From contig CM120640.1 in assembly GCA_051362555.1 (NCBI GenBank), positions 67,930,788 through 67,994,787 of the forward strand: 64,000 bases of DNA, written 5' to 3'. This stretch comes from Lingula anatina. Taxonomy: Eukaryota; Animalia; Brachiopoda. The stretch's first letter is position 1; the number at the start of each line of letters is the position of its first letter. The notes under the pieces were generated by a model. It was not told where the DNA came from. It saw nothing but the letters and a program-made list of their open reading frames with translations, and searched no databases. The position numbers and the translations under genes were made by a program. Shown here one piece after another: positions 1-13,700 of the stretch.

Positions 1-2792
1 AGTTCTGTCTCGACAGACTCAGTTACAGATATCAAATAATATCAGAATCTAATAACCGCTAAGACGAGACGATTCTATGAGGATCTAAGAGAAATTGGCA
101 AGAAAATTGCAGACGATTAGCACTGGGAAATATTGCATCTCAAAAGTAATATCAGACATTCCAAGGCATTCTCCAAAAGTGATATGCCTCAAGAAATGAC
201 ACTTATTAATTCCAGTGTCTTCGGCCCGTCTACAATGCCCATTCCATGGCCCGTTATACAATTTATAGATACGGAACAAACAGGGAACCGGTGGGATGGA
301 GCTATGCTAACGTTCTCACTCATATCTTTATACACATAAGTGGTAGAGTCCTAAGGAGCTCACAGCCAGACACTGCTGAGAATGTTTTTCTTTTGATGTT
401 GGTGACAAATTCTGTTTTATTCTCCAGGGCACCCTTACCCTCTAGTACCCACCTGTAGCGATAATACTGGCCCAAGCACTGGCTTTCATCTTTCACGATT
501 TACTCGATTTAAAATGCTCACAGGTCAACTGCAAAGTCTTCCAGCCTTGACATTTTTATTTAGTTTTGACATTTATTTCAGTCACTTAAAATTCATATAC
601 TTTAAACTGGAGACAGTAAAATGATGGGGTCACCGCATCACTAGCAAAGAAAAGGGATGGGACTTTCGTCGAAAATTACATCATAAAACATCACACGAAA
701 CGTGTCACTCTGCGTAAGAGGGGGGGGGTCAGTTTCACAAATCAAAGGACAGGAAACGCGTTGATTTCTAAATGACCACTTGATTAGTTAATTCTAGGTG
801 ACAGACTCGAGAACATCTTCTGGTAGAACCTCTCAACACCTGGTTGCACGGGTTGCGGGTTAATGAGAGCAATTTTGAACAATCACCACTAACGAGACAG
901 AGAACCCGCTAATCCGTGGACAACACGGGGAGGCTAGTCATTTCTATGACTTCTAGCATATTCCCTTACATTTTAAGGGCCACGAGGACCATGTATTTGG
1001 AAATGACACAGAAGTCTTTTCACAGAAAGTCCCCTATTATCCCCTTGTCATTTCTGCAATACTGTATATGGCAATCCCCAACGGATTTGTCCCATTCTGT
1101 TCATGTCGGAAGTTCCGCTGCTGATGACTCGCATTCCATAAAAGAAGGTGCTATTTCTGTTGTCAACCAAGACATCTGTCAAATTGGGCCATGAAGGGAC
1201 TCGACTTATTAATTCTGAGTCCACGTGGAAATTTTTCCGTTGTTCATTATTAAGCTTCCCACCCCCACCAGTGAATGAATCTGCTCAAGGTCTTACTTAG
1301 GTTTGTGCGGTGTGCGAGTCGTTTTCACTTTTTTCTTCAAAAGTGATGATTTATTACTCGTCTCGCCTTAACATACCTTTCGCGGTCCACTAATAGCATC
1401 ATTATGGAAATCTTATAGCTTACTCGACACACAGTGAAGAACCACGTTACTGTCGCAGTGAAATTCAAGCATGTGGGAACCGGCTCTTCCTAAACCGTGA
1501 CACCAGAAGAGCGACGTTGACATATCGTTAAGTGGATGGGCCGATTTTTATTGGTCTCCATTTCACGCGCACGATAAGGAAATGTTCTACATATTTGTTG
1601 TTGATTAGGTACACCGTTCTTTTTTCCCCCATTGTCACAGGGGCCATATGAGTGCTAATCATAGGTAAGAATCTCAGAGGAATGCCCCCTTGCTTTCCAC
1701 TGCTGTGCGCGCAGGTGGCAGTGATAAGACAGCGACCTCCTCAAAACTTCATACTGCAAATTATATACAGATAAATCCCTGATACCGGCGATAAGTCCAG
1801 ACCTATGCCACAACATACTATAGGCCATGTTTTGTAAGAAAAAAACTTCAAGGGCTTGTTCGACTGATGTTTTTGTTCGTGAAAGAAAGAGCGGGTCATG
1901 GAAGTCGATCGTTTCTTGTGTGAACTTAAACACCGAGAACAGTGCTTCTTGAAAGCGGCCTGACTCTTTTACACCCTTTCTCCGTCTGGCGAATTGTGGC
2001 CCTTTACGCTACATTATAACTTACAACACAACAGCACAATAAAAACCTCCAACACTTTTTCAATCAATCGGCCTGTTGTGGTTTAGATAAAGTATACCCA
2101 AAACACGGTTTCTATGGGACATTCCAGCGTGTGAAAGAAAGAAAAGAGTAAGGTTGCAGTTTAGGGTACCCGTGTCATTATCGGGCCACGGATTCAGTTA
2201 TGCTGTAACTCTTGTCATTGAAAAGAGACACAAAGCTTTCGACTATCTCCTCTCATTTATTCCTAATCCCAGCGCTGTCACTTCTGTGATAGAAACCTGC
2301 TATTTTCCTTTGAAACTCGATCGGTGGTGTTTAATTATTTGCTTTTTTCTCTCGGCCAAAATTGGGAGGGGGAGTTTGGTAACCTAATAGTTGGGCATGT
2401 AACACGGCAACGACAACGACAATAGACAACCATTGGGCTTCAACTGGGTGGACGGAATCCATCCCGACGCGGATGAAGATGTTGAACAATGATGACACTC
2501 CTGCGCGTTTGTGTCAGGGTCGGATTAAATTGCCTTGAGATACCTTAAAAATCCCAATGTCTCTGGAAGATGTGCCTTGCACTTCATAAGTCAAAATTTC
2601 CATTGAAACATGGGTTGAGCTATGTGGAGGAGGCACGCTTCTCAGGCAGGTATAGTGGTTTATGAAAGCGAAGGTCGACGGGGGTCAAAGCTGCCTTTCT
2701 CTCCTCTCTGATTAGCACCCAATTCAAACCTGTCACATACCATCGGGATATCGACAAACAAGACGGCAGAAAAGAATGTCAAGCTTACTTAC

Positions 2793-3972
2793 CATATATA
2801 CTGTCCTCAGCTCCTAATGCGTCTATGTTGCTCCCTTTTCCTCTGCCTTGAATCTGTACTAGTTTGTTACTGCAACTACTGAAGAGTCTGTATTGTCGTT
2901 CGTGTTTCATTCGAGTTTCTGTTGGATCATCCAATTCCTTGTCAACATGACTTTGTGACAACAGTGGATTCGCGTCGATCTGTGGAGAAACAAAATAACA
3001 CGTTTTAGGAGACGTGCAAAAACGCTCCGACAGACGATCGATACTATCTCGACAGCCCTCTTGTATAGCAACCCTCGTCATAAAATATTGTCAACTCGGC
3101 CCCTTTCAGGTGTAAACAGAAACCTCTTACAGGTACCTAAAGATTTTCTGCACTGTTTTACCCGAATACACCCTTGAAGTTGTTTTTCCGCCTCAGGAAT
3201 AATTTATTTCTCCTTTCTGATGTGTCACGGAGAGATGACTCTATCCGCTTTCTCCCCTTCTTTATCAGGAGGGAAAACACACCTTTGAGGAAACTCACCA
3301 GTTTTGTCAACCCCTAATGATTTACACCGTGCCGAGCTACAGTTACACTTTGGGCCATCATGAATTTCATATCGCGGCAAAACATACCCTTCATTATCAT
3401 AACCTCCACGACAAAAGACTTGGTTGCCGCTGACCGCTGACCCCGAGTTGATATTTAATATTGTAAATTAACAGTAAATAAATGGACTATTTTGAAAATA
3501 AACCCAAATCGTGCAATCGTCAAAACAGTGCAACAGTATCCTTATAAAGCTGTCTGAAGCAGGCTGAATAAACAAGACTGAATGTGGGTTTGTCAAGTCG
3601 TCTGATAATGTGTGCTGTGTTATGTGCCGGTTGACAAAGGTGAGAAGGCGAATCTTACTTACCGTGCTAACTAGCAGCGAGAGCACCAACAGTGCAAACA
3701 ACCTGTAAAGAGAAACAAAAATCTTGTTATGACCTTCTTAATATGAAGATTGGCGGATCGGCATTTCTCTTCGACATAAAATGTAGGAGTGTGGTATTTA
3801 TAAAACCCCAAGATCATAGAAAGATTTGCGTAATATGTAGCAGTAATAATAACGTGCACGGTATATATATATCAACCGCATACACTTTCGCCTGTGGAGC
3901 ACCCCAACAAGAGGAGCATGGGACAGCGACTACTTACACTTTGTTGATACATCCCATGCACCCACATCCCAT
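2793..3972 (-). CDS. FGF8/17/18: FGF8/17/18-like fibroblast growth factor, 5' part (3 coding exons; the rest lies left of the window)
   Basis: Exons 3972-3938 (MGCGCMGCINK, phase 2), 3702-3663 (VLFALLVLSLLVST, hydrophobic signal peptide) and 2979-2793 (IDANPLLSQSHVDKELDDPTETRMKHERQYRLFSSCSNKLVQIQGRGKGSNIDALGAEDSIY, phase 1). All have GT-AG sites and compatible phases. RQYRLFSSCSNKLVQIQG..IDALG resembles FGF8 RTYQLYSRTSGKHVQVL..INAMA. Two short signal-peptide exons followed by a phase-1 exon match the FGF8-subfamily layout as I recall it. Confidence 0.8.
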
Positions 3973-4599
3973 TCCAACTTTAAATCCCACTTTAATGAAG
4001 AGGCCGGCAACCCGGACTGATTGTGTGGCCCACCGCCACCTGCTCTCCGGGGCCACACCGCTTCCACTACCTCCCTGGTCGAGTTCTATGTGTTGGTCCA
4101 CTGACCTCACTACTAGTATCTAAATATTTGATCAGGCAATCTAATCCTGAACTCATTCCTTAGTAGGTCCTTTAATTTCGAGCAAGCAAGTTTCCATATT
4201 ATTGTTTTCCTAGCTCATCACCGTCTGGCTACCTGGCCAAGCATCATTCATTTAATGCACGGTGGAGAAAACTGCCATGCAATTTTCCTACGGGACGTCC
4301 CTTAGCATACTTTGTTCTTTTCCTTCTCACTATCTGCGTTTTAAACCACCGATCCAACTCAGTTCCTTTTATCTATCCTTTAAGTGCATAAAAGTACGTA
4401 GCCTATGCCCCAAGTCGTGTTAATAGTGTCTCCACACGTTACTCGCAAAATAAACTCCTTAATCGAAAGAAAGATGTTCGTCCAACAGCGGATTTCGTTT
4501 TTTCAATTTATACTTGTTAATTCTATATTTTTCCCTTCACAGAGTATCCAAATGAGGGTTTAAGAACACGTTCCCCGAGTCTTGGCTTATACGTTAAGT

Positions 4600-4700
4600 C
4601 TCGCCTGAATGAGTGAAATGAAGGCAAGTGTATTCTACACGCTGATATATATAAAAGGAGCTACCGTTTTACATTCGCGACTCTAGCGCCCTCTTTACCG
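4600..4700 (-). promoter_or_regulatory. Candidate core promoter of the FGF gene (TATA, Inr-like sequence, CTCF-like motif)
   Basis: On -, CCTTTTATATATATC at ~4645-4658 and pyrimidine-rich TCATTTCACTCATTC ~30 nt downstream. AGAGGGCGCTAG (CTCF-core-like) at ~4683-4694. CpG-rich context. Inference only. Confidence 0.4.
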
Positions 4701-7700
4701 AGTAGCTCTCCTGCCTGCCTATCAACCACGTGAGAGAAGGAGGTGGGACTTAACACTGTCCCTTTCGGACCTCCAACCAAGTGCTAGTTGACATGAATGT
4801 GAAGTTTGATGAATGATAGTGGAGTGGACAATATAATCGCTCTAATAATCTGAAATGACCAGCAGCTACCAATGTCATGCGGTCAGCGGTTTCAGCGCCA
4901 CTTTTCTCGCCGAACCACAATAGAATGATGAACCATAATTAGCGGGGCAGTCCTAAATGCTACTTTTTCTACACAATCATTAACACACTCAGTATGAGAT
5001 CCCACGGGCCTGGCCTGAGCAACTCTTTACACACCCCCAGCGTCGTTTCATTAAACAATAGTGTATTCTTTTCTTAATAGCCTTGTTAAGTCTTAATAGG
5101 TTTGTTCGACGTTTACCGCTGGCTTTAACTGTTAGTCATCCTGTTTTAAGTCAGCGCAAGATGTGTTCCTCACGCATTGTTTAGACTTGATTGATGGTTA
5201 AAGGACCCGACTCTAACTGAATCAACAGCCTGGTCTTCTCACAGTTTACCTGGGTTAACAATCTCAATTAAATTGCCTATGTTTGTGTGTCTTTAACACC
5301 CAGAGTGAGAAATTGACCAGATTGCCTATGCAAATTTCCCCTAAAACTCCGTCAACAACTGTTTCCCACCTACCGTTGACCAAGCGTCCCCGCAGCCAAG
5401 TCATCCCGAAACTCATTTCTTTCTAGTGAGAAACCTGAGAAACGCAACACGTTCTTTTCTCTAGTTGAGCCATGCAGGCATCACAGACCCGTAAGTTTGA
5501 GCTATTTAAACTATGTCGCCGCTTATACCTGTTTCACCACTTTTCAACGACAAAAGGATATGCGGAAAGAAAAAGGTTGCTGCTCGGACAACGATAAAAT
5601 GAATACAGTGCTAAAAGGAAAGTTACAACCTTTTCAAACTTCATCCTCGGTTTTCCCCCTACATATTTCGGTTAACCCACCTTGTTTGTTCCGATACTCT
5701 AAGACGGACCCAGTACGACATCACGAGGAGAGCCAGGCGCGAGAGGCGGGGAGGCCCAACGCACCCATAGTAGTAGGCATCCAATGTAAGCTCCCTACGG
5801 AAATGCTGCTCTCAGCCCTTCGTATCGATCTTAAACTACACTTAGACGATATCAAGATATCTATATCCTCTTTCTCAATGAAATTATTCTCCGTCGAGGA
5901 AAGTCTCTGTGCCGTATATTTCCTCTGCGTGTGACCCGCACAGTGCCTGAACAGCATGTGGCGCTCAGGCAGCACGAGGACTATACCTGCATGCGATAAA
6001 TGACATGCGAAGCGACGCTCTTCCCTCTGTATCAAGAGCCGATTGAGATTTTACTCCTGCATTCTTTCGATGCTTTTTTTCTTTTAAATATTTGCGATTA
6101 CTGAGTTTTCAGGTGCATTTCTTTAGCATTTCGCTGGGTTTTGCCCCGAAGCGGAATTTTCATTAACCACTGTGAAATATTTTCTTTCTGCCAACCCTGA
6201 GATTGTACTCTTTGTTGCGATGTTATTTTAATGACGCGGCTAAACCTTATTATTCTTTACAATTTGTATTATACTCAGTGTGCAAATTTGTTTTACAGAA
6301 TCAGCAAACTATTTGTTACTTATGCGCTACCCTATACTGTCTCGTCAAAAATCCCTTAATGCGCCAGAGAGCATTTTTGGCTAATCACTGCACGCTGTCA
6401 ATATCTTGAAATTCTTGTCTTGTTACTTCACCGTTTATCAACTGACCACCCCTGAACCATAAAATAATTAATAACACACATCTTACCTGTCCATTTTAAG
6501 TCCATTATAGACTCAGAAGCGATCCGAACAGTCTGAAAGCATGGTAGTTTCTGACGTGTACTACAACCAATACGTCTTTTTATCTATTGGCAAAACGAAT
6601 CAATGCATACCTCTTAAAAATTGCCGCATTCTTACTGTTACTACTTTTAATTAACTCTTTCCGATTTGCCAAAATTAAAAGTTAAACTTCATAAATACTT
6701 GATTAAGTTAATGAGCTGTAGTATTAATGACAGCGAAATCTTTATGGATCGGCTAAATGGAGCGTTGTGGACGTGTGAACGATATTAGAAAATTATCAGA
6801 TTTTAAAGTTGTTTATGTATGCATTAATTAAACTTCGATCGGCGCAGTGATGCGATTGTTCGCGACGGGAACAGTTCATTAGCCGTAATGATTGCCTATA
6901 AGCTTAGGCGCTTACCCTCGTAGCACGACCCTGGTCTGCCTGGTCACCCAGAAATCCGATGATTTCACAGGGTAACACTTAGGGCGTCACAAACAACTTT
7001 TGAAGTAAATTAAAATGTCAATAATTAGTGGAGTTAATTAACACTCAGTACATGAATAGGTAAGGAACGAACAGACTTACTTTAGGATGAAATCGAATCA
7101 TTTACAGAAAGTTGGACGCTGAGAGCAATTAGAAGAGTAATCGGCTGATATTGATTAGGGTCAAAGAGTAGAGAGAATGACCAAGGAAAACGCATGCCCT
7201 TCCTATATTGGTGTCGTAGCGATGGACACCTTATCAACCTCGATTTTTGCCTTTCATAACGGCACGAGCTGTTTACCGGACATTCGATGACATTAAAAAA
7301 ATCCGATAGAACATTTCTCAGCCCGCCGACTATTGCATTGGTAGTGATTATAATAGAAGAGGAATGAAGGAATGTGGTATAGAATGGAAGTCATTGATAT
7401 TGAGATGACCATTTGAAATAGTGCTCACGTATGTTTACGTAGTCAGATCTTGATTGAACATATATTTTAACGTCTATCAATAAGGAGAACGTAGAGGCAA
7501 TGGGGAAATTTTGCCGTGAGATGGAGCCACTCTACGGTGCCATCTTTGCGCATCACAGCCTCCAACAGACAAGATGAGGCAATTAGTGAGATCCGCAAAA
7601 TAGAGTCTCTTAGGGATGATGTAATAATACAGTTTTCGATCAACACGACAGAACGCTTTGATATGCTTCAGCAAAGCGTTCCATCGATGCCTACAATCAC

Positions 7701-10700
7701 GTAAGCGTGTTTTCAAGCGTAAACTTGGCACGGTAATCAAAGGTGAGGGCGGTGCAGCATAAAACGCAATCTAACGATCACCCCGTATCACAAACTAACT
7801 GACCAGGCGTAAAAGACCCGTGTCCAAAATGAACAGCTTTTGGCTTATTACACATTTAATAATTTCATGTTAATTTCGAGGTTGAGCGATTGTGCGTTCA
7901 AGTGGACAGGTTCTATCAGAAGGCAAACGGTGGTGTGTTCTGAGGGTGATTTTGATAGCAAGGTTCAACAGGCTGTGCGCTGGGGCACGACTTCTCGGAC
8001 CCCGGTCTACGCACCATTTCTCACCAAGTCAAACTTAGGATAGCTTGATTTATACACTGATCAATAAGTACATATGGAGTACTGTCCAAAGGAAAATAAA
8101 TATCTAGGTTTCCCCATTCTTGTTTCTTTAAAAAAAATCCAAATTAAAAAAAAACATAATGATATGTAGCCCTATAAAACGACATTTAAAAAATGGAAAG
8201 TATCCCTGTTTGAAGGATAAGAAACGTCAGGTCATAGTCGCCAATTTTTTATCAAAATCTCTTCAAGTGCACCTTGGACGAGGCTTCAAGGCTTTAAGCA
8301 GGCAATTGATCTGCTAAAGCCGCTGAATTTCTTCGTAAATTGCCCAGAAGAGTTTAGCTGGTAGTGAAAGCCTGCAGGTTTACGGGGATTATGTTGTTGT
8401 CTTCGAGCTGTCAACTGGCGACAATTCCCGGCTTTTACCGATTTTTGTTCGATCACAATATCAAACAGAAGGCTCAGGTTGCATAAAGGCAGAGGTCTGT
8501 TACTTGGGCTGATGAAGAGCTAGTAATCTTGTTTGTGGCATACTTAAAGTGTTTGCTGAAACTTGAGTCAACCTGACCCTTGCGGTGACCACATATAAGT
8601 GTTATGACGATTTTCCCAAGGAGAACATATTATAATACTTTTGTACACGCGCACAAAATCAATCATTCTCCTCTATGGGAAGAGGAAGTGTCTGCCTACT
8701 CACCCAGGCTTATCTCGTGTTGTGATTTATTCAATGTATGCTCGCGAACTTGAAAGTGCGACGGAAAATGTTATGTAGTAGGGGACAAATTCATGAAAAT
8801 TATAGATAATTGTTGACAATTTCAAAAGCAGCACGTCTGTCAAATTCAGCGTGACCACAGATACCGTAAATGTCCCGCCAGACGCGCGTTTCCAGAGGTG
8901 AAAGTGTTTCGCGGGGCACGGTGGGCCTTGGTGCCACGTCGCCCCCTTCCTGTGACAGGGCAGCGCCACTAATCGCATAGGTAAATCACCGGCAAGTGTG
9001 GCTGACAAAATTAACAACTTTATAAAAATTTACTTACATTACACTCAATGTAAAGAGCTCTCTGTTTTTGTTTGAAATAAGGTAGGTGAAGGGTAATCCG
9101 AGTTACCCCACGCTGCGCCTCTCAAGATGCACACGGTGCCGACGCTACCTTCGGGGGTTAAAAAGAGAGGGCTTTATGTCTTATGGGCTCAGGCTACTAT
9201 ATATATATGTCCTTATGAGATCCAGGAGACGATCACCCTACGCCTCTTTTCGGATAGTTTGATTTTCAATAATAAGATTGATTTAATTTATTTGTAACAA
9301 ACAGCATTTTATTGCTTGTTTAAGATCGGTTGTACCGTTTTCCCAGGGGCGATGTTTTCAGTGTGGCAGCTCCATCTCTTAATGATGTTTTCTTCTGATC
9401 ACATAGTTTGATATAACGGGATTTTCCGACAACAAACATCAAGCAAGGCAAGGGGGTGAGCTAATAAACTGCCTAATCAGTCAACGAGGTTGGGTCGAGG
9501 TCAGACCCCCTCGCGCCTACTTGAACTAGGCGCCTCTTTAACCACCGCGACCCGGCTATGAACAAACAGTGAATGAATAAACTTTAAAAAAAATCGAAAA
9601 AAGGATAGGTTGTTAGGTTGTTTTATCATTATCTCTAACAACTTTTGTCAAAACATCCGAGGATTTCTTATAGCAAAATATACATATTTCATTTATGCGA
9701 TTTGATCGGTCACTTGGCTTGAGCTTTCCGCCCTGAACTTATGCCTCTACTTATTTGATCACCCCGGCACCCGGAGAGAGCAGTTGTCAAACTTCGATCA
9801 CAAAGATAACTCTTCTCCGTTGGTTTTGTCACTCCCAGCGCGCTTGTCTCCTCTCTGTCAAGAGCACCACACTTATCAGTTCTAAATGAACTGTCCCCCG
9901 GTTCGACGGGTTAAAAGTCATAAATTTCACACTCTAAATTAAATTAGTATAGCAAGATTGGATCAACTGGGTGATTATAAAACACGATCCGGTAAAAGGG
10001 ATGAGGAATGCAAGAAGACGAACCCATCCTCCCCTGCCGAGAGGCCAGGAAGAGAACGTACCGCGAAGAAGGTGCGATTTCAAAAGATTTTTTCACTTTT
10101 TAATTTTAAATTTCTTACTGGGTGCAGTTTATCAGGTGAAAGAGAAAGTCAATTTACACGCTAGCATTTTGATAGTGACTCGAATCCGCTGTTTATACTG
10201 TTGTGAGCGGCGAGGAAACATGAGGCTCTCCTTTTTATCGTTTTTATCGAACATTAACGGAATGTTTTGCTTTGGAATTATTGACTCCTGTTCAAAGTGT
10301 TGTTCGCTTGATTTCACATGCGAGAAAGAATCCTCCTATTTCGAACTCAACGAAATCAGTAAACAACTCTTTTGGGGGAAAATTAAAGTTTATAATTTTC
10401 AATTTTTTTCAAATTATTAGAATTCTTCATTTTACCTCCACCTAGACCACCACGACAAGGAAAGCGTCTCGTAAACAGTGGCTATAATAAGTTTTAAGTT
10501 GAACCAAGGACAGAGGTGAATCTCCTACCGCAATATAGGACTTAGGCGTCGACAAAACACCGAAATCAATCAGATATCGTGACAACATGGAAAACAAAGA
10601 ATTGTGACGTCACTGGTGCCCACAATAACTGGCGAAATTTTAACCTCAAAAATAGGCTTGTCTCTCGCGAGGATGCAGAACGTGACATTAAATGATGTTT

Positions 10701-13700
10701 AAATGTGAGCCTGTTTTACGTTACTCATCACGAAATTGATGTTGTCTGTGTACTGATACCAATTTTGGTTACTCTGAGTAAGAAATCAACATCTTTTGTT
10801 TTGGTGATTAATAAAAAAAGTTGTTTACTTATGAACCTTTGGGCGGTGATTGCCGCCAACACGAACCTGACATTGAATAACGAAACCATCATTTTAAGTG
10901 TATCTTAAGAACAAAAATATTTCCGATTTGTAATACTTCTTTTTTGCAATATCACAATGCGAACATACTTAACATGCTTGTAAGCTATGTATAGAATGAG
11001 GTGGGAGGATGGAAAGTCTGTTCAACTAAATCCCCGCCTCTCGAGGGAGAACAAATTACAAAAAACAATCGCAAACGCACAACTGCTCCTTTGCTCTCTG
11101 AAACATGTAAATGTCAACCTTCCTCAATGGCTATCAAAGTCACTTGAATCTGTGAGGTAATTGTACTCTAGATACTATAATGATTGATACTTATACATAA
11201 CTACCGTTCATTTCTTTCCTCTAGGCATTTGCGCGTTAACAAAATCTGTCTGGACAAAATATGTTTCCAGGAATTCATTGCAATTTTTCCCCCCACGAAT
11301 ATCCGAGGCCATTTCCTCATTCTTATAGTGTGCAAACGGGAGTCTTGAGAATACTCTAATAGGTACCCACATAAATCAGACACTTGTCTTTTATAATTAC
11401 CGCTCTATCGCCAATACTGTATAATAGCGAGTGCGTATCCGATAATACCAGCGATCGCACGTCTCACTGTAAAGGGGATTGAAAATCGTTAGAAGGGCGG
11501 GCTCTCGTGAAGAAAACACCTATCGACGTATCGGAAAAGTTTTTCTCAAGTTCTGATTAAAATATTTAATTAACTTCTAATCTTGCTTTGGCTAATTGTG
11601 TGCATTGGCCGGTGTGAAAGGTTTTCGCTGAAGTTTACGGATACCATGTTCGGTCTACAATAATGAAGACCATATCGATGTGATGCCTAAGCCTGATTGT
11701 TCCTACATTGCTATTACCTATACCTTTTCTCTCGGTCAACGTGTAGAGGATTACATAAACTGTTCATAACTACTCGTTCCCTTGGGCTTATCTCAACAGC
11801 AAGATAAACACGAAATGTGGAAAAATCCAGCTTAATGCGTCTTTCAGATAAACCAATATGTTACTGTTACAGGACTCTGTAGACGGTCAATTTTATCCAG
11901 GCCATTACCTTTGTCATATAGAGTTAATTTTATTTACGTTTTACCTATTTTCTTCGTTTTTGGTTTGGAAATGTGCCACATTTAGATTTATTGGTATAAA
12001 TAATTTAGAGAAGCCAAAGGCGTATTCGGATCAATGTTAATAGCACTTTAATTCAATGGTTGTTTTACCTTTATTTCGTTTGCATTTGTGATGAATGTGT
12101 CTGTGTATGTATGTGAGAGCGAACCATGGCATCGCTGATCTTTTACCAGACTAAAAATTTCAACAAAGACATAAAAAAGTAGAATCGAAAAAAGCAAAAC
12201 CGGCAATAATATAACCAATATAGAATTTGAAGAACAAACAATTATCCTGACAACACAAATAAATACAAAATTACAATAACAATTTATCTAAACAACAGCT
12301 AAACTTTGAATTATTTTTACCCCAATATCTCGGTATCTAAGAAGAAAAGTTCCTCACTAACAGCACTCAAACTTATCTTTACTCCAGTGTGAACATCCCT
12401 GGTAGACCGTGCTAACCTGCTACCCGGAAAAAAATTGTATGTACTGTATTTATGTAACCTATCATAAACTTCAACAAAAAATGACAGCCCGGGTGGGGGA
12501 TAGCTAAATCTCTTTAAGTTATCTCCACTTAGCCCTGTCACTTAGCAAAAGCGACACTAGGTCCCAACCCATGTGCTTTTCTGTCACGAAGACTGATCAT
12601 CATGTCGAAGCTCTACCGCATTACCGAAGTGTTACAACGTGTTAGAATGAGAAAGATATAGTACGCAATGTAAACCTCCCAATGGTAAATATCAGCCGTT
12701 GAACACGGGTCACCCAGGGTTGATAGCTAGTGTCGTTGTCTTTTACTTGATCTAGTAACGCCATTGGAGAGGTTTTATCCCCGGTTTTATAGTAGTCACG
12801 TCAGAGCGTTATTTACGATTCTACATATGAAGTTAAGAGATTAGTTGTTCGAAACTTCGTCATGGCTCTATCTCTAAGGGTCAATCAAATTCAAATTAAT
12901 ATCATTCGATATGGGGCAGTAAAGACAGATATTGGTAATTACTTTTGACGGTGTAAAACCGTGGCTTACGCAAATGGATTTCTTGTTGTCGCCCTTCAAG
13001 TGTGGTAAAATCTTCGTTCAAATACTTCGCCACTCTTGGCAGAGCGGGATTAACTACTAGGCACACTTGATGCCAGAATGAAGGTGAAATATTATCGTCA
13101 ATCTTACCTTAAGTGCATGACGCTGTCCCTTGGTCCCTGTAGAACAATCCATGAGTTATGCCAATTGTTTTGACAGACGAAGGACATCCAGCTATATGCG
13201 TTTTTCTGCGACGTGTGGGTGTGAGAAGTGGAATCTTCAATGATTAGTACAGGAAACCCGCAAAATTCTTTAACCGCTGATTGTCAAGATCTCGACACTC
13301 AGTCAGACTTGTACCCCAAGCCGCTGAGGTGCTTATAGTGACTGGATAAAGGAGGACCCTGCGACTGTCGTCTGCGAACCACTGATTTGAGGGTGCTTTT
13401 AAAAAAGCAGGATGTAAAAGTGTCACACACGCAAACACGTGGTAAGATCACCATGACTCGAAGTAAAACTTTATCATTGCACATTCCTTTGTGAAATCTG
13501 AAAAAAAATCGACAACGTACGTTAATTGCTTATTGACGCAACCAGTGCTGTCTCCGTTGTCTGGGCTTTATACTTTTTAACTCGCACTCTCTTGTCAATC
13601 ATACGTGGCTTTTTCCCGTAATTGAGAAACTGTAAATCGGTGACCGCAAATATTTGTCGCAGTCTTGCACTGTATTGTGATGGGAATATTAGAGGCCCTG

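Noticed and set aside
1-2790. Next FGF core exon, including an AG..GT-bounded candidate at ~1424-1489 (-)
   Set aside because: Translations show no FGF-like motif (e.g. YxCMxxxG). The exon is probably left of the window.
5497-6035. Overlapping 145 aa (+) and 104 aa (-) ORFs
   Set aside because: No recognisable domain or splice context; consistent with chance ORFs in GC-richer regulatory DNA.
12317-12740. 74 aa ORF and a weak ~20 bp inverted repeat (12550-12570 vs 12717-12737)
   Set aside because: No homology recognised, no TSD and no second copy in the window.
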